DNA from: TPA_inf: Saccharomyces
Taxonomy: Eukaryota
Assembly: GCA_000146045.2 (NCBI GenBank)
Contig: BK006948.2
Coordinates: 1,024,001 to 1,088,000, forward strand
Length of the DNA stretch: 64,000 nucleotides
Direction of reading: 5' to 3'
The first letter of the stretch is position 1. Every line of letters starts with the position of its first letter. A program made the translations under genes and the position numbers. The notes beneath the pieces are model-generated. The model was not told the DNA's origin. It saw nothing but the letters and a program-made list of their open reading frames with translations, and searched no databases. Of this stretch, positions 25,511 to 37,340 are shown piece after piece.

Positions 25511-27058
25511 ATGTCAACTAGCTCCTCCGTAACGCAGAAAAACTTGGATACAAACGCGGAAGCCTTGAAAAAGGAGGATAAAGTATTATCAGAGTTTGAT
25601 ATTCAGGATGAGAGGCCTAAATCCCTTTTATGGGAGAGTGCCTTTGTCGGAGTGCTGTGCTCTGCCCAACTAATGACTCAGGCAGGACTTGGACAATCAT
25701 TAGCGCCGCTTCACATCATCGGTAACAGTTTTGGAACAACGAATGCTGGACAACTTAGTTGGTTTGCTTCCGCATATTCGCTAACTGTTGGTACATTCAT
25801 TTTAATTGCTGGAAGACTCGGAGATATCTTCGGACACAAGAAATTCTTTGTCCTTGGCTTCTTTTGGTACGCACTTTGGTCCTTACTTGCTGGGTTTAGC
25901 GTCTACTCTAATCAGATTTTTTTTGACTGCTGTCGTGCATTTCAAGGCATGGGTCCGGCCTTTTTGTTGCCAAATGCCATTGCGATTCTCGGACGCACAT
26001 ATAAGCCAGGAAGAAGAAAAAACATGGTCTTTAGTCTGTTTGGTGCTTCAGCACCTGGTGGCTTCTTCCTTGGGGCTGTTTTCTCATCCATGTTGGGTCA
26101 ACTGGCGTGGTGGCCATGGGCTTACTGGATAATGGGTATTGCATGCTTTGTTTTAGCTGTAGCAGGTTACTTTGTAATCCCTCACACCCCCATGCCAAGC
26201 CGCGATGCCTCATCTTTCAAGTTGTTGGAACGAATCGATTTTGCAGGGTCAGTTACCGGCGTTGTTGGATTAATTCTCTTTAATTTCGCTTGGAACCAAG
26301 GCCCCGTTGTGGGTTGGCAAACTCCATACACATACGCTCTTTTGATAGTTGGTACCTTTTTCTTGGTTATTTTTGCATATATCGAGTCCCGAGCAGCTTT
26401 CCCTCTGCTACCATTTGCTGCTCTTTCTAGTGATACTGCTTTTGTACTTAGCTGCATAGCTGCGGGATGGGCCAGCTTTGGTATTTGGATATTCTATACA
26501 TGGCAGTTCATGGAAGACTCAAGGGGCCAAACCCCCCTTCTTTCTAGTGCACAGTTTTCACCTGTAGCAATCAGTGGATTTTGTGCAGCCGTGACGACAG
26601 GTTTCCTTCTAAGCCATACACCCCCAAGCACAGTTATGCTTTTTGCGATGACAGCTTTCACAGTCGGAACTATATTGATTGCTACGGCCCCCGTTCACCA
26701 AACGTATTGGGCTCAAACGTTTGTGTCAATCATTGTTATGCCTTGGGGAATGGACATGTCCTTTCCGGCCGCTACAATAATGCTTAGTGACTCGATGCCA
26801 CACGAACATCAAGGTCTTGCAGCCTCTTTGGTTAATACGGTGGTAAACTATTCGATATCGATAGGTTTGGGTATTGCAGGTACAATTGAATCTAGAGTAA
26901 ATGACGGAGGTGCCAAGCCTTTGAAAGGATATCGTTGTTCGTGGTACATGGGCATCGGGTTGAGCGGACTTGGCATTTTTGTCGCAGCAACGTATGCATG
27001 GAGCACTTTTATGAAGTCTAAAAAAAGGATCTCCGAAAAGCAGCATTTTATAGAATAA
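25511..27058 (+). CDS. AMF1: Major facilitator superfamily (DHA2-like) transporter, 515 aa; low-affinity ammonium facilitator. Start taken at the internal Met MSTSSSVTQ rather than the longer track ORF.
   Basis: Multiple hydrophobic helices; MFS motif-A-like GRLGDIFGHKK; synteny (YOR378W). Confidence 0.8.
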   Translation: MSTSSSVTQKNLDTNAEALKKEDKVLSEFDIQDERPKSLLWESAFVGVLCSAQLMTQAGLGQSLAPLHIIGNSFGTTNAGQLSWFASAYSLTVGTFILIAGRLGDIFGHKKFFVLGFFWYALWSLLAGFSVYSNQIFFDCCRAFQGMGPAFLLPNAIAILGRTYKPGRRKNMVFSLFGASAPGGFFLGAVFSSMLGQLAWWPWAYWIMGIACFVLAVAGYFVIPHTPMPSRDASSFKLLERIDFAGSVTGVVGLILFNFAWNQGPVVGWQTPYTYALLIVGTFFLVIFAYIESRAAFPLLPFAALSSDTAFVLSCIAAGWASFGIWIFYTWQFMEDSRGQTPLLSSAQFSPVAISGFCAAVTTGFLLSHTPPSTVMLFAMTAFTVGTILIATAPVHQTYWAQTFVSIIVMPWGMDMSFPAATIMLSDSMPHEHQGLAASLVNTVVNYSISIGLGIAGTIESRVNDGGAKPLKGYRCSWYMGIGLSGLGIFVAATYAWSTFMKSKKRISEKQHFIE

Positions 27059-27289
27059 GTTCATATATAGAGAAATACTTCATCGTGGTATATAACCCAA
27101 ACTAATAGAAATAAATATAGTACGATCAAAGTGATAGAGAGGAGCCAGTATATCCCGTATCGTGCGATAAATATGAAAATTACAAGAGGCCATTCTCGAG
27201 TGAAAAGATACATTATTTTTTCAAGTAGAAACCTGAAAGAACTTCAGTAAGATAACTTAGCGCACACTTTCCTACTTTAAGCTCACCAA

Positions 27290-28930
27290 ATGGCATCCCC
27301 AGGATCGACAGCATTACCACACAAGCGACAAAGAGTCCGAAAGGCTTGCGTGCCCTGTAGGGAACGTAAAAGGAAATGTAATGGCAAATCTCCATGTGAA
27401 ATGTGCGTTGCCTATGGATATGTATGTCATTATATTGACGGTCGTGTCCCTTCGGCATCACCTCAAGTGCAACAAGTAGGTGAAACATCTCCTGATACGG
27501 AGAGCAGACCTTTTGTTCTTCCGGGTATACATAGAAACGAACAACCGCAGCCTATAAATACACAGAACGTTACAAGTCAAAACATTGTAGATCCAACTAA
27601 GTCTAGGTACACGATCCAGCACTCTGCAGTTGCTTTCCCCCGCTGTCTTGGTCTCGAACTCCGATCAACTAATCCTCCACGCCTACATTCCTTCGCTTGG
27701 CATTGCGGAATCAGACCGGAAGAAAATCCAAACTCACATGTCCTTCTTTCTGATTTAGTTACAAAGGAAGAGTATTACCGTATCTCAAAAGTTTATTTTT
27801 CAGTTGTTCACCCGATATTTGATGTTGTTAATCCAGAGCAACTGGCAAAGAATGTTGAAAAATACTGGGATGGCGACGTAAAAACCTTAGAGTATGGGGC
27901 TGTTATTGCAGGGGTGATAGCTTTAGGATCATTTTTTATGGGAAGTCTTGGCCATCCCCGAGAGATGGATATAGTACAATATGCCAAAGGGATCCTTGAT
28001 GACCCGACTTTCAGTCGCATTCCCACGGTGGAGCAAGTCTCCGCATGGGTTTTGCGCACCATTTACCTGCGAGCCACTTCGAGGCCCCATGTAGCATGGT
28101 TAGCTAGCTGCGTAACCATCCATCTTTCTGAGGCAATTGGCCTGCATCATGAGATTGACAGAGAGGATATAGCGATATCGAACAACGTTCCACCAAAAAG
28201 AACTACTGTAGTGAGCGAACACACTAGAAGATTATTTTGGTGTGCATGGTCAATCAATACCATTCTTTCATATGACTATGGGCGCTCAAGTGTTACGCTG
28301 AATAGAATTACTTGCAAGCCAGTTAAGGAGACGGACGGTAATTTTACAGCTCATTTAGTCGCGTTAGCACACCTGATTCCCCAAGACAGCGTGAACGCAA
28401 ACGCAGCGCAATTGTTGCAGGCCCTGGCGGCCGTTCATGAATCACCAAACGCACATCCGTTTTTGTCGTTGACCAAGGGTGATATATGCCTCTCTTTGTA
28501 TAGAAGACTTCGTTTGCTGAATCATATTCTTGATAAAAATGTTGTTTTACAAATAATTGATATCGGCAACACTGCGCTATCAGCAGCATACGCTCTTGTA
28601 AAACTGGATCAAGCATGGTGGAATGTGTTGAGCACCTCATTCCAGTACGTCTGTGTCCTTCTTGCCATCGACACACCGGAAAGTCTTTCACATGTTGCTA
28701 CTGCCATGAAAACGTTAGATAATATTACTCAAATTCTCGGTACACGTATTGCTTTTGAAGCACAAAAGACCGCAAAACTGCTTCTTGAGGATTCCATGAA
28801 AAAAAAAAGACAAGAAATTCAGCAGCTTGAGCAGGCAACTCACCAGAGATCTAATCTTGAAACTACTCACCTACTCGATATTGACTGGGATGCTTTGCTA
28901 GATCCATCAGACACGTTAAACTTTATGTAA
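27290..28930 (+). CDS. RDR1: Zn2Cys6 binuclear-cluster transcription factor, 546 aa, repressor of drug-resistance genes
   Basis: N-terminal CVPCRERKRKCNGKSPCEMCVAYGYVCHY Zn(II)2Cys6 motif; fungal transcription-factor middle homology region. Confidence 0.85.
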   Translation: MASPGSTALPHKRQRVRKACVPCRERKRKCNGKSPCEMCVAYGYVCHYIDGRVPSASPQVQQVGETSPDTESRPFVLPGIHRNEQPQPINTQNVTSQNIVDPTKSRYTIQHSAVAFPRCLGLELRSTNPPRLHSFAWHCGIRPEENPNSHVLLSDLVTKEEYYRISKVYFSVVHPIFDVVNPEQLAKNVEKYWDGDVKTLEYGAVIAGVIALGSFFMGSLGHPREMDIVQYAKGILDDPTFSRIPTVEQVSAWVLRTIYLRATSRPHVAWLASCVTIHLSEAIGLHHEIDREDIAISNNVPPKRTTVVSEHTRRLFWCAWSINTILSYDYGRSSVTLNRITCKPVKETDGNFTAHLVALAHLIPQDSVNANAAQLLQALAAVHESPNAHPFLSLTKGDICLSLYRRLRLLNHILDKNVVLQIIDIGNTALSAAYALVKLDQAWWNVLSTSFQYVCVLLAIDTPESLSHVATAMKTLDNITQILGTRIAFEAQKTAKLLLEDSMKKKRQEIQQLEQATHQRSNLETTHLLDIDWDALLDPSDTLNFM

Positions 28931-31117
28931 AAGAGTATTATAGATTATGTGTATCGAGAAGCAAATTGATTTATAATTAGAGGGAATGGAATTGATGTTT
29001 AATACCTGCTTACTATATTTTATCTTTGATAATTGCGCAGAAAGTAATATATCCGGTATTTGAAAATAGGAAATTTAAAGAAATCCCGTCACGCCTGGAA
29101 TGAGGGGTGAAACCTTGACTGATATTATATTCTTTTCTTGGACATAGTGTCTGAACCAAATGCAAATTGCACTGCATTGCACCAAATTGATGGTTCAAGT
29201 TCGATCTATAAAAATACGAGAGAAGGTCTGACTGTTTATGTCAATACTCAAGAGGCTCAGGAACAGTGTTAAAGCTTGGAAGTTCAATTCATTAAAGAAA
29301 AGTTGATAACGTCAGGTGGAAAACCGAAAGATAAAAATAAAAGCAAGTCAAGATTTGAAGTATTGCTGAGCGAAATTTTGTTTGAGTGGTCCGGAAATTT
29401 TTATACACTTTATTAGTATTTGGTTTAGTGTAGGTGGGAAAGCTTAGAACGTATGTAGAAAAACATCCCTGAAGAGTTCTCTAGATCTTATCATCAGCAA
29501 TAAAAGAATGCCGTTGTGACACTTAAATAGTCATATCACATGCGGATACACTTCTAATACACTAGTCTTCTTTCACTGCCCTTTATTTATAAGACTCATG
29601 TCCAGTCTATTTTTTTTTTAAAAAAAAAGACTTTCAAGCTTTTTACAACTTGATATTCTAATATGAATAATGAATAATGAATAATTTAATTAATTGTTTT
29701 GTTTAAATTTTGTTCGGTCTCGGCTATATTTGGAAGAAAAATAGCCAGTACATACTTTCTACCACTTTCGCTCAATTATCAATAAAAACATTTAATCGAA
29801 AGTCATTCAAACTGAAAACTTCAAAAGTCATTTTTTTATTGCTTCCCATTCCAATCACAATTATGCTTTGAGCCAATTTCAGTAAAACTTTGAAAATACG
29901 TAGGCGCATCGCATCGCCTAACTTAATTCGCGGTTTAACTAGCTTCCTCCACCAGTTCCATAAAAAAATGATGGATCAGTGCAAAAAAATTTTATCATAA
30001 ATCTGATGAAGTATACTAAGCTGAATAAGCTGTAGGCCTTATTTGCTTTTTTCATACCCTTGGTTGGTACGACAGTAAAGATTGGCAGGTTCGGAGATAC
30101 AACTTTTTTTGAGGCTTAGAATGCTCGGCCTGCATAAAATGGCGTTAAAGTTGCGCACAGGCCCCGGAAACCCTGCCAAGGAATATTACATAAGTTGCAA
30201 CATCTTTTTCCAATACATGGTTAGAGAGTTTTTAATCGTTATACTTTTTTCTCATTTGATTAAAAAATATAAAATGAATTGCGAAATTCTTCTAGAAATG
30301 CGTTACTATTTTACGGTTGGCATTGCAAGATTATTATAACTACGAAGCAGTGTTGGAAAATATCATCTGGGAAGAAATTCCTATTTCTTGGGAAGAATTA
30401 CATGTGCATAAAAAGATAAAACCCTCGATCACCCAAAATTGACTTTGCGACTAAAAAGTGATTTTTTCAGCATATTGCATTTCAAAAAGTCGTTGTTTAG
30501 CACAACTCATAGAAAATAAATACTAGTATGATTCGGGAATTATTTATCAGTTAATTATAGGAGTACAGCCTTTTATAGAGTTGGCGAAGATAGCCAAAAG
30601 ATAAAAGCTTTGACGTACGTCTGTAAAAAGTGCCTTTTCTGATCGAATCCAGTTGCTCAGATATCCGGGAAGTTGTTAGCATTCATTGCTTTTCTGCACT
30701 ATATCAGCATATGAATGCTTTCAGTATTTTAATTTTACCCTTTCACGAAGTACGCCAGAAAATGATTGGAAACGTACTCAAAAACAAAGCAGGAAATAAG
30801 CGACGAAAATTTTTCATTTCAATTAAGAGGTACTGAGCGGCTACTTAACTTTTTCTGCAGTAAGTAATGACAGAGTATCACTACAGAATTCTGTGCCTCC
30901 GGTCTGGGAATGCAGCTAGGGAGACAGCACCCTTTTGCTAATAATGCGCCGGAAATGAAACATTTAGATAAAATCTAAAGTTACGAAAACAATACACTTT
31001 GAGGGAAAGATATCAGAGAATTAAAAGCTGCAAAGAACTATGACAAATTAACCGCTTTGTTGACCCTAGATCATAGTTTACACTGCGAACGGGATAGTTG
31101 CAACCTCTTTTGTAAAA

Positions 31118-31124
31118 TGCACCC
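31118..31124 (+). promoter_or_regulatory. Aft1/Aft2 iron-responsive core element TGCACCC upstream of FRE3
   Basis: Exact heptamer in aaaaTGCACCCata, ~425 bp upstream of the FRE3 ATG. Confidence 0.55.
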
Positions 31125-31544
31125 ATATCTCATTTTGCCTTTATTTCGGGTGTATAATAGGAGAAAAATTTGAATGGTAAAGAATAAGTCCCTTGCGAGT
31201 GTCAAGAGAAGCACAATTATTATTACTATTGGTGACGTGATTGAACTCGAGAATTTTCCTGGACCGATATTTGAGTTTTACGTGGAATGTGGGTGTACCT
31301 CATCTCAAAGAATTGGCGAAAAGCCAAACTTCTTAATTCTAACAAAAGCTACTGATTCGTTGGCGATGAAAGACTCTTTTTTTTGGCTGTCAGAAGCTTT
31401 CATCTTTGACATAGATGTACAGAATTTGATCAATTGTTTATATTAAAAGATTCGTCGCAACTTATATAAGGTGGCAAGAGAATGATTAACTTCAATTGCT
31501 GATGAACGTTCTCAATTCAAAAATTATAAGACACAAGGAAAACA

Positions 31545-33680
31545 ATGTATTGGGTCCTCCTTTGTGGTTCTATTTTGTTATGCTGCTTGTCAGGAGCAAG
31601 CGCCTCCCCTGCTAAGACAAAAATGTACGGCAAGTTACCACTGGTTTTGACAGATGCCTGCATGGGAGTTCTCGGCGAAGTAACCTGGGAGTATAGTAGT
31701 GACGATTTATATTCCTCACCAGCATGTACATATGAACCGGCATTACAGTCAATGTTGTATTGTATTTACGAATCATTGAATGAAAAGGGTTATTCCAATA
31801 GAACCTTTGAAAAAACCTTTGCTGCTATCAAAGAAGACTGCGCATATTACACTGATAACCTTCAGAATATGACTAATGCAGATTTCTATAATATGCTGAA
31901 TAATGGAACAACATACATAATACAGTATTCTGAAGGTAGCGCGAATCTTACGTATCCAATCGAGATGGATGCCCAAGTGAGAGAAAACTATTATTATTCT
32001 TACCATGGTTTCTACGCCAACTACGACATTGGTCATACTTATGGTGGTATTATTTGCGCCTATTTTGTAGGTGTTATGATTCTTGCCAGCATACTCCATT
32101 ATCTAAGTTACACTCCGTTTAAAACTGCCTTATTTAAACAAAGACTTGTAAGATATGTGAGAAGATATTTGACAATACCTACTATCTGGGGTAAACATGC
32201 GTCGAGCTTTTCTTACCTTAAAATTTTTACAGGCTTCCTTCCCACACGATCTGAAGGCGTCATTATACTTGGATACCTCGTGCTTCATACAGTTTTTCTG
32301 GCATACGGGTATCAATATGATCCTTACAACTTAATTTTCGACTCTCGTAGAGAACAGATTGCTCGATACGTGGCAGATAGAAGTGGTGTCCTGGCATTTG
32401 CACATTTTCCCCTAATAGCTCTTTTCGCAGGAAGGAACAATTTTCTAGAATTCATTTCTGGAGTAAAATATACCTCTTTCATAATGTTTCATAAGTGGTT
32501 GGGAAGAATGATGTTTTTAGATGCTGTGATTCATGGCGCTGCTTATACCAGTTATTCCGTATTCTACAAAGATTGGGCAGCAAGCAAGGAAGAGACATAT
32601 TGGCAATTTGGAGTAGCTGCTCTTTGTATAGTTGGTGTTATGGTGTTTTTTTCTTTGGCAATGTTCAGAAAGTTTTTCTATGAAGCCTTCTTATTTCTCC
32701 ATATTGTGCTTGGCGCATTGTTCTTTTATACGTGTTGGGAGCACGTCGTAGAATTGAGTGGGATTGAGTGGATATACGCTGCTATTGCTATCTGGACTAT
32801 TGATAGGCTAATTCGAATTGTTAGAGTATCTTATTTCGGTTTCCCTAAGGCTTCCTTACAGTTAGTTGGCGATGACATCATTCGAGTCACAGTCAAACGA
32901 CCAGTAAGGCTATGGAAAGCCAAACCAGGACAGTATGTTTTCGTTTCATTCCTACACCACCTGTATTTTTGGCAGTCACATCCTTTCACAGTCTTAGATT
33001 CAATTATCAAAGATGGTGAGCTGACTATTATCCTGAAGGAAAAAAAGGGAGTAACAAAACTTGTCAAAAAGTATGTGTGTTGCAATGGAGGTAAGGCATC
33101 TATGAGACTAGCTATAGAAGGTCCATATGGCTCTTCATCTCCAGTCAATAATTATGATAACGTCTTGCTACTTACGGGAGGTACTGGTTTGCCAGGGCCC
33201 ATTGCACACGCCATTAAACTTGGAAAAACGTCAGCGGCAACTGGAAAACAATTCATAAAATTAGTGATTGCAGTTAGAGGGTTTAACGTACTCGAGGCTT
33301 ACAAGCCGGAGCTGATGTGTCTAGAAGATCTTAATGTACAGCTTCACATCTACAATACAATGGAAGTTCCGGCATTAACTCCTAATGATAGTTTGGAAAT
33401 TTCTCAACAAGACGAGAAGGCCGATGGAAAAGGTGTTGTTATGGCAACTACCCTAGAACAGTCACCTAATCCAGTTGAATTTGATGGTACTGTTTTTCAT
33501 CATGGAAGACCCAATGTTGAAAAGCTTCTGCATGAAGTTGGTGACCTAAATGGATCGTTAGCTGTGGTTTGTTGTGGGCCTCCTGTTTTCGTTGACGAAG
33601 TAAGGGATCAAACGGCAAATCTTGTTCTAGAGAAGCCTGCAAAGGCAATCGAATACTTTGAAGAATACCAAAGTTGGTAA
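31545..33680 (+). CDS. FRE3: Ferric/cupric reductase family transmembrane protein (siderophore-iron reductase), 711 aa
   Basis: Signal peptide; haem-binding His-containing transmembrane helices; FAD/NADPH motifs HPFT and CCGP; paralogous to the FRE5 ORF at 37564. Confidence 0.85.
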   Translation: MYWVLLCGSILLCCLSGASASPAKTKMYGKLPLVLTDACMGVLGEVTWEYSSDDLYSSPACTYEPALQSMLYCIYESLNEKGYSNRTFEKTFAAIKEDCAYYTDNLQNMTNADFYNMLNNGTTYIIQYSEGSANLTYPIEMDAQVRENYYYSYHGFYANYDIGHTYGGIICAYFVGVMILASILHYLSYTPFKTALFKQRLVRYVRRYLTIPTIWGKHASSFSYLKIFTGFLPTRSEGVIILGYLVLHTVFLAYGYQYDPYNLIFDSRREQIARYVADRSGVLAFAHFPLIALFAGRNNFLEFISGVKYTSFIMFHKWLGRMMFLDAVIHGAAYTSYSVFYKDWAASKEETYWQFGVAALCIVGVMVFFSLAMFRKFFYEAFLFLHIVLGALFFYTCWEHVVELSGIEWIYAAIAIWTIDRLIRIVRVSYFGFPKASLQLVGDDIIRVTVKRPVRLWKAKPGQYVFVSFLHHLYFWQSHPFTVLDSIIKDGELTIILKEKKGVTKLVKKYVCCNGGKASMRLAIEGPYGSSSPVNNYDNVLLLTGGTGLPGPIAHAIKLGKTSAATGKQFIKLVIAVRGFNVLEAYKPELMCLEDLNVQLHIYNTMEVPALTPNDSLEISQQDEKADGKGVVMATTLEQSPNPVEFDGTVFHHGRPNVEKLLHEVGDLNGSLAVVCCGPPVFVDEVRDQTANLVLEKPAKAIEYFEEYQSW

Positions 33681-35199
33681 TCAATTACCTTATTTATTTC
33701 CTCACTATTTTACCTATCACAAGTATATATTTAATTGTTTTGACCTGAAACATAATTTATGTCTAGCTGCAATGAAGACAATTGATCGACTTTCACAAAC
33801 TTTTTCAATCTACTAATCTTTGGAAGCATTTTTTAACTGTCTCCCACTCTTGTTCCATGACTTAAATTTCTCTTCCTCCAAATTAACTGAATTTTTTTTC
33901 TGGATTGATGTTCTTTCCAATTGTTGTGGTAATCCACAGCTGGTATAACATAAAAAGAAGTTTTTTGTAAAAAAAAAAAATTTCTCAGTAAGCATATAAG
34001 CCTCAGTGAAATAAAATTTTAACAACTACACGCTATTCTATTCCATTTGCCCTGCTTTTCTCGCTTCGTTATCACCTAACCACTAAGAACATACTAATAA
34101 TACAAAATTTTTATCCACTTTTTACCAACAGATTTTCATGAAATATCCATCTTCTTTCCGAATTCTGTATAAAATGAAAGAGAGATTTTTTGCTCTCAAT
34201 CCAGGCTCAAGGCTCTTGAGAACAGGTAATTGTTGTTTAGCACGTTTTCAACACATTTATCAGAAAACGACAGTTAAAAATAAGACGAGCGGCGTTATCA
34301 TCCTGATAGTCACTAAATGAAAAGCAGGTACTTTTGAAGAGCACATGTAATATTTGCTCAACTGATAATACCTTCATTTTATACACACTTCTAATTTTTT
34401 TTTTAAAATCAGATACGCATTGATGTTCAATGTAGCATTACCATCACAAGACAAAAAATCAGAATTTTACAAGCAAAAGCGCTTATCTTTAAGGACCAAC
34501 ATATTAGATGAATTCTTAAGGGTTGCCAAAACGCAAGACAACAGGCAAAATAATTTCGTTTCTCAGTACCGAAATGACGAAATATACTGAGGCAAATGCG
34601 ATCATCATGCCTTTGCGCCAAGAAACTCCCTTGTGAAGAACTTCAAACCGAAATGGGAAAACTTTGAGTTATTGACAGGGAATACGGAGGGGAAGATCAC
34701 ACTTAAATCCGTATGAGCCGCGCACATAATGGTATTCAAATACACAAGAACATTCATGAGCTATTTTTCATCCGTGCAAACGAATTTACTACAATTGGAC
34801 CAGAGGGCACCATAACTGGAGACTTTGCTACTGACTCAACGTTGATGATGCGAGTAGTGGGTGTACTGTGATTTGCTCATTTTTTTTTTTATAGAAAGAT
34901 TCGATTAATGAAAGTCACAGGAGACATTTTTACATAGACATTCCGTATATGTTGCGGGTATCGCGGATGCGGATTAGTGATGCCTTTAACTACATTTCAT
35001 AGATTTCTGTATACCAATTGAAATGAGTGAAGTAAGCTCCTACAGTGAAATATCTGGGTGCTACTGACGCCAAGCCCTACAGCGATCGGAATGCGGGAAC
35101 GGAAGTTAACGGGGCTTCCAGAACGGCGGAAGCGAATTGAACGAGGACGGCAAACAAAAACACCCAAAATTTCATTACTTAGAATGACCCTCAAGAGCA

Positions 35200-35406
35200 G
35201 GGTGCAATTTATCAAGCGATCATTGAACTAACTAAGTTCATATCCTGTATAGGATTTAAAACAATGCACCCTAAGTTCAAATGCACCCCCCCTCGCCCCG
35301 CAGCGGACCCTTGAACAGAGAACTGTTTCGAGGTTCACCCAATTGGATCACTTGTATAATTTGTAATCGAGTTCGGATAAGATGTATACGAATCTAACTG
35401 GGTGCA
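35200..35406. promoter_or_regulatory. Four Aft1 core elements in the FIT2 promoter: GGGTGCA 35200-35206; TGCACCC 35265-35271; TGCACCC 35282-35288; GGGTGCA 35400-35406
   Basis: All four exact heptamers read directly from the sequence. Confidence 0.7.
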
Positions 35407-35530
35407 GTATAATTAGCATTTTATATTACCTAGCAATATATGTATAAAACAGGAATGTGTGCGTGCTTCAGGCAGAATTTTACGGTCCTTGTAAAAAAGT
35501 CTATCATAAAGCCATCACAAAACAATAATA

Positions 35531-35992
35531 ATGAAATTCTCAACTATTTTCGGAGCTACTACAGTTATGACTGCCGTCTCGGCAGCAGCTGTGTCGAGTG
35601 TAATGACCACTAAGACTATTACTGCTACTAACGGTAATAACGTTTACACTAAGGTCGTTACCGACACCGCTGACCCTATCATTAGTTACAGTACCACTAG
35701 AACTGTCGTTGTCAGTAATAGTGATGCTACTTACACAAAGGTTGTCACCGAAGGACCAGATACCACCTCTGAAAAGAGTACAACAAAGACACTTACTTTG
35801 ACAAACGGTTCAGGTTCATCAACCAACCTTTACACCAAGACCGTCACTCAAGCCGTCGAATCATCTACATCCTCCTCATCCTCCTCATCCTCCTCCTCCT
35901 CTTCTGCCTCTTCTTCTGGTGCTGCTCCTGCTGCATTCCAAGGAGCAAGTGTCGGTGCATTGGCCCTTGGTTTGATTTCTTACCTATTATAA
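35531..35992 (+). CDS. FIT2: GPI-anchored cell-wall mannoprotein of the siderophore-iron retention family, 153 aa
   Basis: Signal peptide; Ser/Thr-rich; repeated TKTITATNGNNVYTKVVTD-type module; poly-Ser; hydrophobic GPI-signal C-terminus; four Aft1 boxes upstream. Confidence 0.9.
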   Translation: MKFSTIFGATTVMTAVSAAAVSSVMTTKTITATNGNNVYTKVVTDTADPIISYSTTRTVVVSNSDATYTKVVTEGPDTTSEKSTTKTLTLTNGSGSSTNLYTKTVTQAVESSTSSSSSSSSSSSSASSSGAAPAAFQGASVGALALGLISYLL

Positions 35993-36440
35993 GCTCGGTT
36001 TCAAACCAGAAAAAAGCTATTAGTTATCGTGTATAGCATATTTATAACTTATCTATGAAAAGCTAATATAATTGTCTTTCTCCTTCAAAAGGCTAGTAAA
36101 AAGGACTTTTTTTCATTACGTTTCTCAGTGACTTCAATGTAGCAGTTTTTCGTTTCATCATCATCATCGTATTATTATTATTGTTATTATTATTATTATC
36201 ATTACTTTTATTAATATTAACTATTTTTTTAGTATGATTTCGGGTATATTTATTTTAATTAGATACTTTTAACCGTTTCAAACAATTAAAGGAAGACCAA
36301 CGAACTTGAAACAGTATATATACATACATACTTAATGTGTGTTATTAAAATTTTTTTATTCTAACATAACTTCGAAAAAAGGCCAAGCCGCAAGGTGCTT
36401 CATAAAAATCGGATATCCCGCATGATTATTCACATATCAT

Positions 36441-37055
36441 TTACAATAACATGACGGCAGCAAGGGCAGCACCCATCAAACCAGTACCAGCGGTGATGGC
36501 ATCAGCAGCACCGGTGTAACTAGATAATTCAGCGGTGCTAGAGGATGTAGCAGAGGAAGAAGTTTCAGCAGTGGTGGTTGCAGTGGTTGAAGCAGAAGAG
36601 GTAGCAGCTTCTGAGCTGGTAGAAGTACTACTTGGAGACCAGGTGTTGCTGCTGCCTTCACCAGTCCAGACAAAAGTAGCATCTTGGGTGACAGTCTTAG
36701 TGTAGACGTGACCGTTCTTGGTGGCAGTGATAGTGGTAGTGATACTAGAACCAGAACCTTCATCAGCAGAAGAAGTCTCAGCAGCAGAAGAAGTCTCAGC
36801 AGCAGAAGTGGTAGCGGCAGCAGAAGTGGTAGCGGCAGCAGAGGTTTCGGCGGCAGAAGTTTCGGCGGCAGAAGATTCAGCGGCAGAAGTGCTGCTGGCG
36901 TAAGAGTCTTCACCACCCCAAACAAAAGTAGCATCTTGGGTGACAGTCTTAGTGTAGACATGACCGTTCTTGGTGGCAGTGATGGTGGTGGTGATACTCT
37001 CAGCAAGAGCAGTAGCGGCAACAGCAGATAGAACCAAAGCGGAAGAGAATTTCAT
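36441..37055 (-). CDS. FIT3: GPI-anchored cell-wall mannoprotein, siderophore-iron retention, 204 aa
   Basis: Signal peptide MKFSSALVLSAVAATALA; two copies of TTTITATKNGHVYTKTVTQDATFVW; Ser/Ala/Glu/Thr repeats; hydrophobic C-terminus. Confidence 0.9.
   Translation of the reverse strand: MKFSSALVLSAVAATALAESITTTITATKNGHVYTKTVTQDATFVWGGEDSYASSTSAAESSAAETSAAETSAAATTSAAATTSAAETSSAAETSSADEGSGSSITTTITATKNGHVYTKTVTQDATFVWTGEGSSNTWSPSSTSTSSEAATSSASTTATTTAETSSSATSSSTAELSSYTGAADAITAGTGLMGAALAAVMLL
36763..36895. repeat. Intragenic minisatellite in FIT3 of 15-18-nt units (gcagcagaagaagtctca x2, gcagcagaagtggtagcg x2, and variants) encoding AAETS/AAATTS repeats
   Basis: Tandem units visible directly; they also generate spurious overlapping ORFs on both strands in the ORF track. 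Confidence 0.85.
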
Positions 37056-37232
37056 TTTAGGGATTATTGTTATTAGTTATTTTTAAGCGAGTGGAAGTAC
37101 TTGTTTGTATCTGTTCGAACATTCATATTACCTCCTAATACTTCAAATAGTTCTTGGCTTAAATACCCCATAAATCAACTTTTACAAAAAAAAAAATAAC
37201 AAATCTCGAACGATAATTGAACCCCATTTTTT

Positions 37233-37340
37233 TGCACCCTTTCCTAGAATGGCGGAACTCGGCTCTTGAGCCCTTAGATTGCTTTCCTTCACATACATCA
37301 AAAAATATGGGATAGCGGGGTGCGGAACAAACAGGGTGCA
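37233..37340. promoter_or_regulatory. Aft1 core elements in the divergent FIT3/FRE5 intergenic region: TGCACCC 37233-37239; GGGTGCA 37334-37340; near-match GGGTGCG at ~37315
   Basis: Exact heptamers read directly; they lie between two divergently transcribed iron-regulon genes. Confidence 0.65.

Noticed and set aside
36476-37031. 181-aa minus-strand and 115-aa/61-aa plus-strand ORFs overlapping FIT3
   Set aside because: Generated by the low-complexity Ser/Ala/Leu-coding repeats of FIT3 being open in several frames (translations are poly-L/P/S nonsense); not independent genes.
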